Part shown: piece by piece, positions 45,631 through 58,064 of the stretch | Layout: each line of letters starts with the position of its first letter | Numbering within the stretch: the stretch's first letter is position 1 | Assembly (NCBI GenBank): GCA_054600435.1 | Contig: BAAIJX010000022.1 | Location: forward strand, 124,001 to 188,000 | Reading direction: 5' to 3' | Length of the DNA stretch: 64,000 nt | Source of the DNA: Neophaeotheca triangularis | Lineage: Eukaryota | Made by a program: the position numbers and the translations under genes | Notes under the pieces: model-generated | What the model saw: only the letters and a program-made list of their open reading frames with translations | What the model was told of the DNA's origin: nothing | The model's database searches: none

Positions 45631-47329
45631 GCATCTTGGATATGACATGGCATTAGGCTTGTCACATGACTTGGCTCCCATGGGCAGTATGCCTGCAACC
45701 GCAGCCCATTGACTGAGTGCACCCTAGGTCGCCTGACACAGACAACAGTGGTCGCTCAGCTCTCCTAAAGTATCTTCGTACGAGAGCGATGAGCGATCTC
45801 CATCTACCTTTGGCGAACTGGGATTAGCGTAGGAGTTGGCGGCGTCTTATGATACCACCATGATACCACCACAACGCACGCAACACTGCTGTGCCAATGA
45901 TAACTTGGATTCATTTTCATGATCCCTTTCGATCCTTCTGACGCTTCCCTTTTCATCGTCACATTCCCTCGTGCCAACTTATGGACCCCTGTGCTCCCCG
46001 CTGCCTTAATGCATATGCTGGAGTAGATCGCCTCAACCCATCCTTCACCCGCCCTGAACTACCCGTTTCCATTTCAGCAACTACCATCGACTGCCCACTT
46101 TCACCTTGGAACGAGTCAGCTCTTGGCTGCCGATAGCATGCATCGCAACGGGTATCAGCAAAGATGGAGGAGCATTTCGCTGGCCTCGACTCCGAATTAC
46201 TCTTGGCTGGTCTTGTAAGTGGCTACGACTTGCCGCCACAAATTTGATCGCCTCTTGGACTCCCTGCCACTCGCGGAGCGTGTCCTAGAGAGAAGTGGAC
46301 AGGGCGATGCAAATCTTCGAGCAGCATACAGGAGAGCAGAGCGTGCTACTTCGTGGCGTCTGGAAAGCCAGAACATTTGTCTTTCCCGTATCCTTGCCAT
46401 CATAGATTGAGAGCTTTCGCCGCCGGAATACATTCTGGTTACTAACCTCTCCACACGGGCACTATATAGCATCATGGACTCCTCGGCATCACCTAAAATC
46501 ATTACTCGTGTACACGACGCAAGTCCGAGATCATGAAGCTAAATTTGTAGGTCAACATTGTTATTGTCTCATCTCTTCCGCTCGCCAGGCCATTGCAGAG
46601 CACGTTCTCGGATATCTCTCCCATAGCCAGTGTACGGTGGATGCCTAGGAAGCACTAATATCACCGGTCCCTATGCTCGAGGCATGTAGAGTCAAAAGCA
46701 AGATAAAGGACCCGGCAAATGGTAAGTGTTCCCAATTTACTGGTTCACATGCTTCTTGAGTCTAGTGCAAGATGTCAGTAAAGGGCTCGCGGTTTTGAGG
46801 GATAGAGCGAGGTCACTGGCGATGCTGATGTTGGGTAGGCGAGCCTCGACACTGCTGCTGAGGGAACTTGTCGTGGCTACTGGCGAATACCTGGTCACGC
46901 TGAGAACCATAGTCTTCTGGAACAGACATTGCTCTCCAAAGCTTCACTCGCACTTTCACCGTTCAATCATTTGTTACTTTGACTTACGCTTGCTCGCTCA
47001 TATAGGTCCTAAAGTCTCTCCGCAGACTGCTTGCCATCTCTACTTGTCGGTGGCATCTCGGCTCTTAAAACCGTACTACTAGGCCTTTTGACAACTTCGA
47101 GGGCACTACCAATACTCGGCCTTCCAGACTTCTTCTACCAATACCCTCTTCTACCGTGCAGCCAGACATAACTCACTCCTTCGAGCATAGCGGGACTTGC
47201 AGTCTACTTTGACTTCAGAACGAAACTGCACTCTTAGGTTCAGCCCCTGCGACTCATCCCCTTGCTCCTTCACCAGAACCTCGAGTCAACGAAATCGAGC
47301 AACTTGTCTGTGGATGAGACGTGAGCACA

Positions 47330-48787
47330 ATGGCAATCACTTCTCGCCACGCAGTCGAGCCTACGACTGAGATGATACCGAATAAGCGGCGTTTCATCAA
47401 TTCGCAGACACAGAACATTGAAACGAGCGGCAAGGGCGGAAAGACGGGCACAATACCAATCACGGCCTTCATCTCGCCATTCCGGGTTATGCGAGGAAGC
47501 GATCTTGCCCTATGGTTCGACAAGCGAGAGGGGGAGAGACTTCTCTACCTTCTTCAGGACGGTGAATACGTCGCCCACCTCGGCTTTGAAGCAGAGCTCG
47601 CTGTTTTTCTCGAAGCTGAGGACGTCGAATCTTTTTGGTACAACGAAGAAAGCCTTTGGGCAGTCTTTACTGGTCACCGTGGGACCATTTGCGTCGAGCT
47701 TGTGGATGACACCGCTATACGCTGGCTTCGTGAAGTTGGGCTAATGATGATGGGAGGTGACAAACGGTCGCCAAGGTGTTTTGGCAGGGAAGAATGGTTC
47801 GCGGATCGCTGCAGCGAGGCTCAGCGGCAATTCAACTGGAATCTTACGCAGGCGAGAGGGCCTGCAGTATCAGCTTCGGCACCCATCGACAAAAAGCCCT
47901 CAACGAAGCGCGCGAGAGATGAGGGTGGGAATGTCGCAGGAAGTCGTGGGCAGTTCAGAGACACTGGAAAATCGAACAACTTCAAGAAACGCAGATTCTC
48001 CCAAACGCCATGCTGCATCAGCGCCGGCGATATTCCATCAGATCGATTTCCTGAAAAACCGCATCCAGGCGACTGCACCCAGTGCCTGGAAATATGCTTC
48101 GAGTGCTGGCAACAGGCGCTAGCTGTGCAAGCCGAGTCTCAGCCCTGGGATCAGGTCAAGTGCTGTTCTTGCCAGTACTATATGCAAGAACCAGAGATCA
48201 GGGCGCTCGCCACCCGCGAAGTGTACGAAGCCTGGCTGCTCAAATCCACGCACGCCTTTCTATCTGTCGGCGGGAATGGCGAATCCGATGAGGTCCATAT
48301 CGTTTGTCCCATGGCAAAGTGCAAAGGCGCGGGTTTCCTAGCCGCAGGTTCCACTTGGTTCGACTGCGACCAGTGCAAGGCTACGTACTGCACGTCCTGC
48401 GACGTGGTGATGCATCGTGGCGAGAGCTGTGAAGACTACCTCAGAAGGAAGGCCAAGGAAGATCAGACGACCCAGAAACGTCAAGCAGCTGAGGAGGCGG
48501 CGTCGATGGCGAGGATTGAGCGCAAAACAAAGTCTTGCCCGAACCCAAAGTGCTCGGTACTGAAACTCGAGAAAAGAGGCGGTTGCGACCACTTCACCTG
48601 CGACGTCTGCAATTTTGAGTTCTGCTGGAAATGCCTGGCTCCTTACAAAGGGGCCAAGGGCATCAATAAGGTGGGGAATGATGCACATGCGCGAACTTGC
48701 CAGTATCATTCCGATACTCTTCCGGAGTATGATGGCGGCGATTCGGACGAGGATTCATTCGGATCAGAGGAATCGGATGAGGAGTAA
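47330..48787 (+). CDS. RBR (RING-IBR-RING, Ariadne-like) E3 ubiquitin ligase
   Basis: IBR CPMAKC...CDQCKATYCTSCDVVMHRGESC; RING2 KSCPNPKC...GGCDHFTCDVCNFEFCWKC with the catalytic Cys; RING1 is degenerate. Start codon uncertain. Confidence 0.82.
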   Translation: MAITSRHAVEPTTEMIPNKRRFINSQTQNIETSGKGGKTGTIPITAFISPFRVMRGSDLALWFDKREGERLLYLLQDGEYVAHLGFEAELAVFLEAEDVESFWYNEESLWAVFTGHRGTICVELVDDTAIRWLREVGLMMMGGDKRSPRCFGREEWFADRCSEAQRQFNWNLTQARGPAVSASAPIDKKPSTKRARDEGGNVAGSRGQFRDTGKSNNFKKRRFSQTPCCISAGDIPSDRFPEKPHPGDCTQCLEICFECWQQALAVQAESQPWDQVKCCSCQYYMQEPEIRALATREVYEAWLLKSTHAFLSVGGNGESDEVHIVCPMAKCKGAGFLAAGSTWFDCDQCKATYCTSCDVVMHRGESCEDYLRRKAKEDQTTQKRQAAEEAASMARIERKTKSCPNPKCSVLKLEKRGGCDHFTCDVCNFEFCWKCLAPYKGAKGINKVGNDAHARTCQYHSDTLPEYDGGDSDEDSFGSEESDEE

Positions 48788-49373
48788 GATCTCGAGTTGG
48801 AAATCTCCCGACCTTGCGCTCAAAAACTTCACTCCAGAATCATCAAGCGAACGCTATGCACACGATTGCGTTTAGCTTCGACTAGGCGGAATAGGCCCTA
48901 CATGGGCGGATGCGGAAAGAAGCGTGCTAAGGAACCTCAGCGAAGGCAAGAGAGCAAAGTTTCGACACTGCAAATCGGCGGTTCCGAGCTGGAGCTGCTC
49001 TATCAGCTGCACAGCGAGGGAGCCTTCGCGCCACCACTGCAAGCACCAGCATCAGCAATACGAAACATACATCAAGAGCTTACCTAGGAAGATGAAATAT
49101 CAGAGAAGATAGGTAGCAAATTTTGGTAACACAACACTTCTCTCTTCCCAAGCCCGCTGCGCCAATGCTGTCAACAGCCCACCGCGCAGTCATTTCCAGA
49201 GTACATCTACTATACACCCTTGCCCGATATAAAGCCTCCCAGCGCCAAACATGACATTTCTGATGTCTTCCCCACCTCTTTGCTGCACGTTCTCGGCAGC
49301 TTGCGATTTTGTCGCGGGGAAAGAGCCGTTGGTTTGCGAGCGCATTCGCCGTGCGAAGACGTAGCGCATGCTC

Positions 49374-50119
49374 TTACACCTGCTCAGCGCCCCATCCAGC
49401 GTCGGCATCCCTAAACACACATGTTAGCTTCAAACCCACTACAAGCAAACCCCGAGTATTCCCTCTCCTGAACCCTGTTCTTCCCATGCCCAGCTCCCCT
49501 TCCAACAGAGATCCTCCCAGAAAAAACTCACCTCATGTTAGCCGGCGGCTCAATGCTGGGAATATACTCGAGCACGCAGTACCCGATCCCAACCAGCGCA
49601 ATAATGCTGCCCGCCGTGTACTTCCACCAGTTGTCGCCCATGACAATTGACCCAATGAACAGGTAAAAGACGCCGCGGCCGACGAAGCTGAACATGAAGG
49701 AAGCGTAGCGCGCGACTTGCGGCGGGATCTGGAACTCCAGCATTCCAGTCGCTAGGCCGAAGAGGATTACGTAGACGCCTACGATGACATTTTGCCTGGA
49801 AGATGGGAGAGAGTGTGTCAGTTGCGGGTGGCTCTTGGGTGAGTGGGATCGGTGGGCGCGCTTACACTCCGATGCTGGGGAAGAATTGGCCTACGCCGCC
49901 CAGGACCATGAAGACGCCTATGGCCAGGTTGACAATGCGGCTGCGCAGGGCTTGTTAGCTGCTGTTATGATCGCTTTGATAGCTACTGGCGCGCGAGCGC
50001 GCGGGCGAAGCAGTCCGCTATTCTGGCAGCCTAGCTTTCTGTCGCGTCCTGCTTGCTCGCATGCGCCGCACGCATTGGCCTGGGAGTGGGGCAGCGTACA
50101 AGATGTCGGAGAAGTCCAT
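49374..50119 (-). CDS. TVP15: COPI-associated Golgi membrane protein Tvp15, 4 exons
   Basis: RIVNLAIGVFMVLGG / LEFQIPPQVARYASFMFSFVGRGVFYLFIG / EYIPSIEPPANMR / DADAGWGAEQV*. Confidence 0.88.
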
Positions 50120-50489
50120 GGTTGCTGGTTTTGCCTTTTCGGGGAATTGGGCGGGAGTAGGGCGGGTTTGGTGTTGGTGGTGGTGGTGGGATGCTTGTGG
50201 TCAGGTAGGTAGGATGTGAGGTTTGAAGCTCACTCATCCCATGCCCACCGGAGTCGCCAAAGGGAAAGCTGGAGAGAAGCTTGGACTCGCGCGCGCAGGA
50301 CTCGGTACAGTTGCTTCCGCCGTGGCAAACGTCACTCCGCGGATGAGACGACCAGCCACCGATATCAATACAAGTGCACAGAAATCACGGAAAGTCGAGC
50401 ACCTGTATTCGACAAAAAAGCGTAGCGAACGAAAATCAAGTCAAACTAATTGTAGCCAGAAGCAGTGCTTCTCACACGGACGAGTATCC

Positions 50490-52380
50490 TCACAGCCTCG
50501 CCTTCTCCCCAAGCGCCTCCTTACACAATCTCTCCGCCTCCTTAGCCGCCCCATAACTAGTCTGATACCCATATCCCCCATGCCCATAGTTATGCACGAC
50601 CTTGACACTGCCCACCATCTCCGCCTCCAATCTAGGGCCTGCCTCCCGCATAGGCCTCAATCCCACCCCTTGTCGCACAATGCTCAGCGCCTCGATACCC
50701 TTCCCCTTGGGCACGAGCGAAGGACAAAGCTCTATAGCCCGCTTCATGATGCGAATCGATAGATTTGGATCCACTTGGCTCTCCCAACTGCCCGCTTGGA
50801 AACACCCACCTAACACGCAGCCACCGCCAGCAGCGCGGTGCATGACATATGTCGCCTCATCGCTGCCATCATCTGTCCCGGAGACCGAAGCAATGATACC
50901 GGGATCGTTACGGACGATGACGATCTGGCCTCGAGCAGGGTAGAGGGTGGTGTCGTTCACGCCACCGAGAGTCATGCTCGAGAGCCCAGTGCAGTTTACC
51001 ACGAGGTCTGAGGGTTTGCCCGAGGCGTGGAGGCTCGCGGCTTGGGAAATGTGCGAGACGATGCCGCGGTTGATGCGGCAGCCGTGGCGGAGGCATTCCG
51101 AGGCTAGGTATGGGAGGTAGAGGGCGGTATTAATGCAGACGGAGGTGAAGGCTGTGCCGCCGTCTATCCCGGCGGGCAAAGTTTTTGGGTCTAGGATGCG
51201 GAACTGGAGGAAGTATCAGTGGGGTGAAAGACTCGCGGGGCTAGAAAGGATGCGTACGTTTGGAACGACATCTTTGAACCAGGCGTCTTCTTTTAGCAGT
51301 TCAGCGAACCACTCACCGGTTGCGGTGCCCACGTCCTTTTCCCTTCGGTACATCTGGCAGTCTGTTTCGCTAGCATCAGCACAACTGCGTGGTATTTCAC
51401 ATCTGCACAGCTCGCGTTTCGATTCGATCCTTCGTCATATCTCCAGTTTCGGGAGAGCTCCTTGGTAGAATCAGTGACCGCAGGCCTGTCGAATATCGAT
51501 CTCCTCTTCCCTCTCCTGCGAGTCCATCGACCTTTGCCCACTTCCGTAGCGCAGCCTGCCCGGTCAATCCGCACCAATTTCGACCCAGATCTAGACTCTA
51601 GCCTAAACAGACGAATAGAAGACGACTTACCCTGAAAATGCACCCCAGCCTCCGGATGTTTCTCCGCCAACCTCGCCAACTCAGGCCAAGTAGCGCGCTC
51701 AAACTTCTCCGACTGCGTGCCGAATTTTGCGAAACTGATCGCAAGAGTCAGCTAGTGAAGCAAGAACGTCTTCTCGGGATCGAAAATCCAAATTCAAGTC
51801 CAAGTCAACAGCTAGAAACCGACGGTCCTTGCAACATCGTCTCTGCTGCCGGTCTGCTACACTCCGCAAGCCCATCTCTCCAATGCCACCAACGCCCCTA
51901 CCCGCGACCACTAAAACTCCCTTTCCCGTTCAACGAACGCATTTCCCCTTCTTCGAGCTCAATCCGCCCGCCTCCCCATCGTAGAGGGGTTTTCCCTTTA
52001 CCTCGCCTCCAGCCCGCCCTAGAACAATACCAGAACCAAAACACGACGTGGAAAAAAAGGGAGAAGAAAGGTCAAACTCACGGCATATAATCCGCCCCCG
52101 CCCACGGACTAGCGTACTCGATATCATAATCACCGGGCATGTGCTTGGCGACAATCGTGACGTCCAGGCCGTTGTCTCTTGACAGCAGTAAGGCGGTTGT
52201 TAGGCCTGTGATGCCTGCGCTATTGGAAGGGGAAGGGGGTGTTAGTCGGACGGTTTAGTCGGGGCGGTTTAGGCGAGGTGGTCGAGGTGGTGGGTTTGGG
52301 AGAGGTGGGTCTGGGAGAGGTTTCGATGTCGATGGGCGTGAGGTTTGGACGTACCCTAGGACTACGACTTTGGGGGCCAT
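50490..52380 (-). CDS. DAO1: D-amino-acid oxidase (FAD-dependent), peroxisomal PTS1 ARL
   Basis: MAPKVVVL|GAGITGLT, YASPWAGA, VVNCTGL, PARGQ, VGLRP, VVHNYGHGGYGYQTSYG, ending KARL*. Confidence 0.92.
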
Positions 52381-52943
52381 TGTTCGTTGGTATTGGTGTT
52401 TATGTTGGTTGGGTTGGAGGGGGTTTCACAATGATTGAAAGGGTGTCCAGGTCGAAAACAGTGCTCTTTAGATCAGGAACTGTGTTCGAAAGCAATATCG
52501 ACTTTCAATGCCTTTTTTAAGTATCAATCAACGGCCAAAAACTTCCACGATGACTCGAATCTAATCCGAGGGTCGTGATGTAGATGTTTGTTTTGAGTTG
52601 CCGTATCTAAGCGCGTTGTACGTACATGTAGGTGAAGGTCCACGAGCCAAGTCTGGAGATTTACACCACCAAGCCCATCCGTATCGCCGGCATCGGGACG
52701 ACGAATGGCGGTCGCTTTATGACATGTATGTAACAAACCTGCCACAAATTTGAGAGGGGAATAAAGGTAGAGCTTACAGAAAGCTAGGTCTATGGGTTTA
52801 TCGTCAGATTAATAATCATAGCAGTCAAGCAGTGCAGGTGAAGACCGCAAAGGAGGCGGGGGGTTCGCACACAAAACTTTCGTATCGGCATCAGATATAT
52901 ATAATTTGCCGTTTCGACAGCTCACCGTTCCGAGCCTTATCAA

Positions 52944-54147
52944 TCATCCATCTACCAAAGCAACCCTCTCGCTCTTCGGTTTGGGCAGATCCTCCGCCCG
53001 CTTGACCATGACCTCCCCATTCTCCAGGCCAAAGTAAACAGCCACAGGCCTCTGCCCTCCTTGGGCACCCCTAGCTTGCGCCTCATACCCATTCTCGCCA
53101 CAGAATGTTCCAACCTCCAGCACGCCATTGATCTCCTTGATGCGTTTTGCCAATCTCACGATGCCCCAGTTACCATCGCGGCCGTCGCCCGGCGAGGTAT
53201 CGAGGGTATTGAGAAGGGGTTTGGGGAAAGGGGCATCGATGATATAGAAGGACTGGTCGGTTTGGATGGGGCCAGTTTTGGCGAGGGAGTGTTCGCGCAG
53301 TTGGGGATTCACGGAGCCGAGGAGTTTGAGGTCGCGGAGGACGCTGGCGTGGGAGATGGGGGCGACTTCGATGGGGATTGACGGCCAGACGGTTAAGAGG
53401 CGGGATTGGTTCTTGCGGTAATCTAGACAAGAAGAAGGTAAATTTAGTGGGGGGAGGTCTGTGAGAGATGTTGAAAGGGGGGGGGGGGGTTGTCGCTATT
53501 GCTGTCTTACCTGCTATACAGACGAACTTTTTGCTCCTACACGCGACCAACTTCTCCTGGAACAGGCACGCACCACCGCCCTTGATGCAGTTGAGTTCTT
53601 CGTCCACCTCATCCGCACCGTCGAAGCAGACTTCCATCATGGCATCCCCCGGCAGCGAGTCGAAAGCAATGGGGATCAGACCGGCAGCCTCGATGACTTT
53701 GCGGCTGTTCCAGCCCGTCGGCACAAACCAATTCATGTGGCCCTGTGGCGGCGGGTTGGCTTCGAGGTGTGCTTTGATCGCCTCGACACCGTAAACGATG
53801 GTGCTGCCGCTACCGATGCCCACAAAGCGCATGTCCGAGGTGAAGTGTTCCTCGACGGCGCGGAAGGCGGCTTTGCGTTTGGCGGCCTCGACACCCGACG
53901 GCGGCTGCTTGCTTTCGTCTGGAGACATGTTTGTAGTAAAATGTGAGCGGGTAGATGGAGAGAAGGAAGTCTGTTGTTTGTAGGTCCGAGGCGTAGTAGC
54001 TGTTCGGCTTGACAGGCTGGGGAAGAAGGGCTGAGTCCTGGGGACAGAGACGAAGACTTTGGGGGTGGATATCGAGATGGAGCGTGCTGGCGGGAGAAGT
54101 CGTCTTATATTCCTCGACAACAACGACTGTTTCCTGGTCGGCCACAT
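52944..54147 (-). CDS. RKI1: Ribose-5-phosphate isomerase A (Rki1); the core starts at ATG 53928
   Basis: VGIGSGST, FDGADEVD..LNCIKGGGACLFQEK, KTGPIQTDQ; intron 53510-53423. Confidence 0.93.
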
Positions 54148-54513
54148 ACGTATAAGTTAGGCTAATAAGTACTAACTAAAGTAGTATCTTGTCTGTTGGT
54201 CGGCAATTCAACCAGTCCAAGTTGTCCAAGCCAACCTGGGAATCCAATGGTTTTGCGACGTCGGACGCTGCCCCACTACCATCACCGCCACATGGAGGGG
54301 TAGTCGCAGCTGTGGCTGTGGCGCAAGGAATGAGCTCCCGTCTCCCAAACCATGACGCGCTTCTTCAGGCACCGATGTTGACCGGGAGCTGTATGTACCG
54401 TAATTATTACATGTTTCACTCGAGCCTCAATACTCCATCCTACGACTCGTCTGTCGACATTCGAGACTTCTGACTGAACAGTCCAAACACATCAAAGCGT
54501 TTGGTAAAGTGCA

Positions 54514-56331
54514 ATGACAGGAACAGAGAAGATGGCAAATGCTAACGCCATCACTAGCGCTCTCACAAACATGGTCCTCCAACAACCAACCCACGAGACG
54601 CCTCCTCCGCTCAAAGACCTCCCAACCGCCAAACAGAAAAAGTACGACCGTCAACTCCGTCTTTGGGGCGCTACGGGTCAAGAAGCCCTCGAACAAACCC
54701 ACGTCCTGCTCATCAACAACGGCACGGGCGTCACAGGCGTCGAAACCCTCAAAAACCTCGTCCTCCCAGGAATTGGCAACTTCACCATAGCAGATTCCAG
54801 CCAGGTCACTGAGGCTGATTTGGGAGTCAATTTCTTCCTTGACGACGACAGTCTGGGAAAATTCCGGGCGGATGAGACAGTGAGGTTGCTGGTAGAGTTG
54901 AACCCGGATGTAAAGGGGCATGCGAAAAAGGAACCATTGGAGGAGTTTGTTGGTAAAGACTTTACACCCTACACCCTGATCTTGGTTACTGCACCCATCG
55001 ATCCTGCTTTGCTCTCTACCATCCAATCCAAGGCACAAGAATTGGGAGTGCCGGTCTTTTACGTTCACTGCATTGGGTACTACTCGCACTTTTCGCTTCA
55101 GCTTCCGCCGGCATTCCCCATTGTCGACACTCACCCAGACCCCACCGCTACGACGGACTTGCGACTTACGAAGCCATGGGCAGCTCTGTCCGAGTTCGCG
55201 AAAGAAAAGACCACAACTATGAGCATGATGAAGCCAGAGGACAAAGCACATATTCCCTATGTTTGCCTGCTGCTACACTACCTCGAAGAGTGGAAGATCA
55301 CGCACGACGGAAACATTCCCGATTCCTACAAAGAGAAAATAGCCTTCCGCGACTTGGTACGAGGTGGGAGCCCGGACGAAGAGAATTTTGACGAAGCCTG
55401 TGCCGCCGTGCTGAAAGCTCTCAACCCACCAACCCCTTCCTCCACTGTCCGCGACATTCTCAACGCGCCAGAAGCACAGTCCATTACCTCAAGAACCCCA
55501 TCTTTCTGGCTCATAGCTCACGCCATCCACTCCTTCTATCAAACGCACGGCCAACTTCCCCTCCCCGGCTCGGTGCCGGACATGAAGGCCACCTCATCTG
55601 ACTACATAACCCTACAAAACATCTACAAAACCAAAGCCCGCACCGACGCCGCCGAGGTCCTCAACATCGTCCGACAACTCGAAGAAACCACTTCCCGCCC
55701 CGCTGAGCTCCAAGTCCACGAAACGGAGATCGAAAACTTCTGCAAGCAAGCCGCCCACATAGCTCTCGTGCGAGGCAGGCCATTCCAGATCGTCTCGCCC
55801 TCCAACTCCACCGACAGCGGCAGCGTGAGCAAGACCCGCAACACGCCCATAACCTTCGGCGACCGAGCAAAAAGCCTCGCCAACGACCTCACGAATCCCG
55901 AAAGCCTCCTACCCCTCTACCTCGCCTTCATCGCATGGGACGAATTCATCGCCACGCACTCCTCTTCCCCGACATCCAACCCTACCGCACCCTCCTCTCT
56001 CACTCCTCCAGGCTCGACCCGTACCCCGCAAGCTTTCGAGCAAGACGCTTCCAAACTCGGCTCCGTCGCGCATTCTCTAATGGACTCCCTCATCAAGGAA
56101 GCGGCATCTTTTGTCGAAGAGCCCGACTACGGCAACCTCAAACTCAGATTGCAGAAGTATTGCACCGAGTTGACGCGAGCTGGGGGCGGCGAATTGCATA
56201 ATTTGGCCGCTTTGACGGGCGGTATGGTCAGTCAGGAGGCAATTAAGGTTATCACGCGGCAGTATGTTCCTGTGGATAATGTCGTTGTTTTCGATGGGGT
56301 GGGGAGTCGGGCTGGTGGTTTGAGGGTTTGA
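54514..56331 (+). CDS. ULA1: NEDD8-activating enzyme E1 regulatory subunit (Ula1/NAE1/APPBP1)
   Basis: KKYDRQLRLWGATGQEALE, ETLKNLVLPGIG, LPLPGSVPDMKA, ELHNLAALTGGMVSQEAIKVITRQYVP. Confidence 0.95.
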   Translation: MTGTEKMANANAITSALTNMVLQQPTHETPPPLKDLPTAKQKKYDRQLRLWGATGQEALEQTHVLLINNGTGVTGVETLKNLVLPGIGNFTIADSSQVTEADLGVNFFLDDDSLGKFRADETVRLLVELNPDVKGHAKKEPLEEFVGKDFTPYTLILVTAPIDPALLSTIQSKAQELGVPVFYVHCIGYYSHFSLQLPPAFPIVDTHPDPTATTDLRLTKPWAALSEFAKEKTTTMSMMKPEDKAHIPYVCLLLHYLEEWKITHDGNIPDSYKEKIAFRDLVRGGSPDEENFDEACAAVLKALNPPTPSSTVRDILNAPEAQSITSRTPSFWLIAHAIHSFYQTHGQLPLPGSVPDMKATSSDYITLQNIYKTKARTDAAEVLNIVRQLEETTSRPAELQVHETEIENFCKQAAHIALVRGRPFQIVSPSNSTDSGSVSKTRNTPITFGDRAKSLANDLTNPESLLPLYLAFIAWDEFIATHSSSPTSNPTAPSSLTPPGSTRTPQAFEQDASKLGSVAHSLMDSLIKEAASFVEEPDYGNLKLRLQKYCTELTRAGGGELHNLAALTGGMVSQEAIKVITRQYVPVDNVVVFDGVGSRAGGLRV

Positions 56332-58064
56332 GGTGGCAGTAGAAGCGGTGAAAGATTGAGTCGTGTTGGGCTGGTAGATTCGTTTGAGCAGCGAGGCGAT
56401 GAATGGATGAGGGCGCTTTGGCAGGGTTCAGCGGCATTGCTTTGGCGTTTTGTTCGCTCGAGAGGCTACGGCTTCTGGGAGCTTAAGGGATGGCCTTTCC
56501 CATACTGTGCTTTGACGGGGCCACTGGCTGTACTGCACATCTTGTAACTTTGGACAGTTACCTTGTAGCTGAAGCAATGAGAAGTGCAAATCTGAACACA
56601 TTAGCTAAGGTGGACTGTGAAGCTGTTGGAGTGAGCAAAGCTTCCTATCATTTTGAGTGTCGAAGGCATTGATTGTTGTATTTGCAGCCATGCAGTCTTC
56701 GCCGAAGTATAGCATCGACATCTTATAGGCAACCAAATTCTAAAGTAAATAGTATAGGTAGTGAAGTTGGATCCTGGCACTTCACTTTGACCTACTCTGC
56801 TTCACTTTTCATTAGCCCCCTTCACTCGAGGTCCTATTATAGCCTCTTACTATTGTCGCATCTCGTCCGAGTGAAGCGACGACGACAGCATAAAGTAACC
56901 TTAGTTTGCCTCTTCCTTTGATAATTGCTTCTCCTTCTCTTTCACTATTCTTTTCCTAACCAGAATCGGCGTTCCTTTTCCCTCGACCTATCAACGCAAG
57001 CGAAAACACCCTTACCACATCAACACGACGCGCCTGAAACTTCCCAACGACAGACGTACCTACCTTACGCTGTCAACTCGCTCACTCTCGCCCAAGGCAA
57101 GGTCGTCGGGAGAAGTCGGCATACAATACCATCACCAGCACGACGGCAAGAGAGAGCAGCGTCTGCATCATCGAAGTCGACAAAGACAGAGACGCATAGC
57201 AGAAGAGAGGACGTCGAGTCGAAAAGATCAACATCAACACGAAAACATCATCGAAACCTAACTTGCGAGTGGAAAGTAAGTTTTGCATATTTCTTCCTCT
57301 CACATGATGTCGGTCGGGTCTTGGGGAAGAAAATTTCGAGGAAGCGCCCGCCGTCTTTAGTCGAGGTGCACGCGACTTGACTTGTCGGCAAGCACATGTC
57401 AGGATCATCGGGCCAGGAGTCGGGCAGGACATGCGACGAACCGGGGAAAAGCCAGAAAGCGAAAGCAAGCCCACTAGTAGAGAAGAGACAAGTCACAAGC
57501 AAGCAGGAGAGGTCGACCGCCAGCCAGACAGGACAGAGCCAGGGCACAGCTTTCGGCCTGTTGCTTTACACCCTTTATTATTGTCATTCTTGCTTCTCCT
57601 CCATCATCTGCACCCACGCACTCTCCCACTTGTCTAGCTTAGCTTTTGCTCTTGGTCTTTCGGGGGGGGAAGAAGACAGACATCCTAGTTAACAATCATC
57701 CCCCTTCAACTACCTCCCTCCCTACCTACCTACCTACCACCCTTTCTCCTCTTTCTGTCATTACCGCAAACATCACAAGGAAGAGCGTCATGTTTGCTTG
57801 ATGTTCAAGGGCTAGAGACAAGAGCCCTCATGAATCTCCAAACTAACCATCCTTGTTCGTTCAGAAGGGTGTCATACAAACAACTGCAACAGCCACCTGG
57901 GACAGGACGTGGAAGAATAAGAAGAAGAAGAGCATCAAGAAGCTGTTGTCGCTACCACCAATATCACCACCACTCCCACCACCACTCCCACTCCCACTCC
58001 CACGCCCACGCCCACGCCCACATCTCGCTACCACACCACAAGCTTTCCACCAACACTTGCCGTC

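Noticed and set aside
44711..45712. 333-aa ORF from the ORF track as a single-exon gene
   Set aside because: It reads through snoRNA-containing introns and shifts frame; the spliced GID8-like model explains the region.
52810..52946. Cryptic peroxisomal PTS1 by stop read-through of RKI1
   Set aside because: The stop context is TGA-TTG, not TGA-CTA, and the extension ends ...CYDY*, which is not SKL-like.
57276..57560. C/D snoRNA in the OTU gene's 5'UTR intron (ATGATGT near 57304)
   Set aside because: No D box at a suitable distance and no rRNA-complementary guide recognised.
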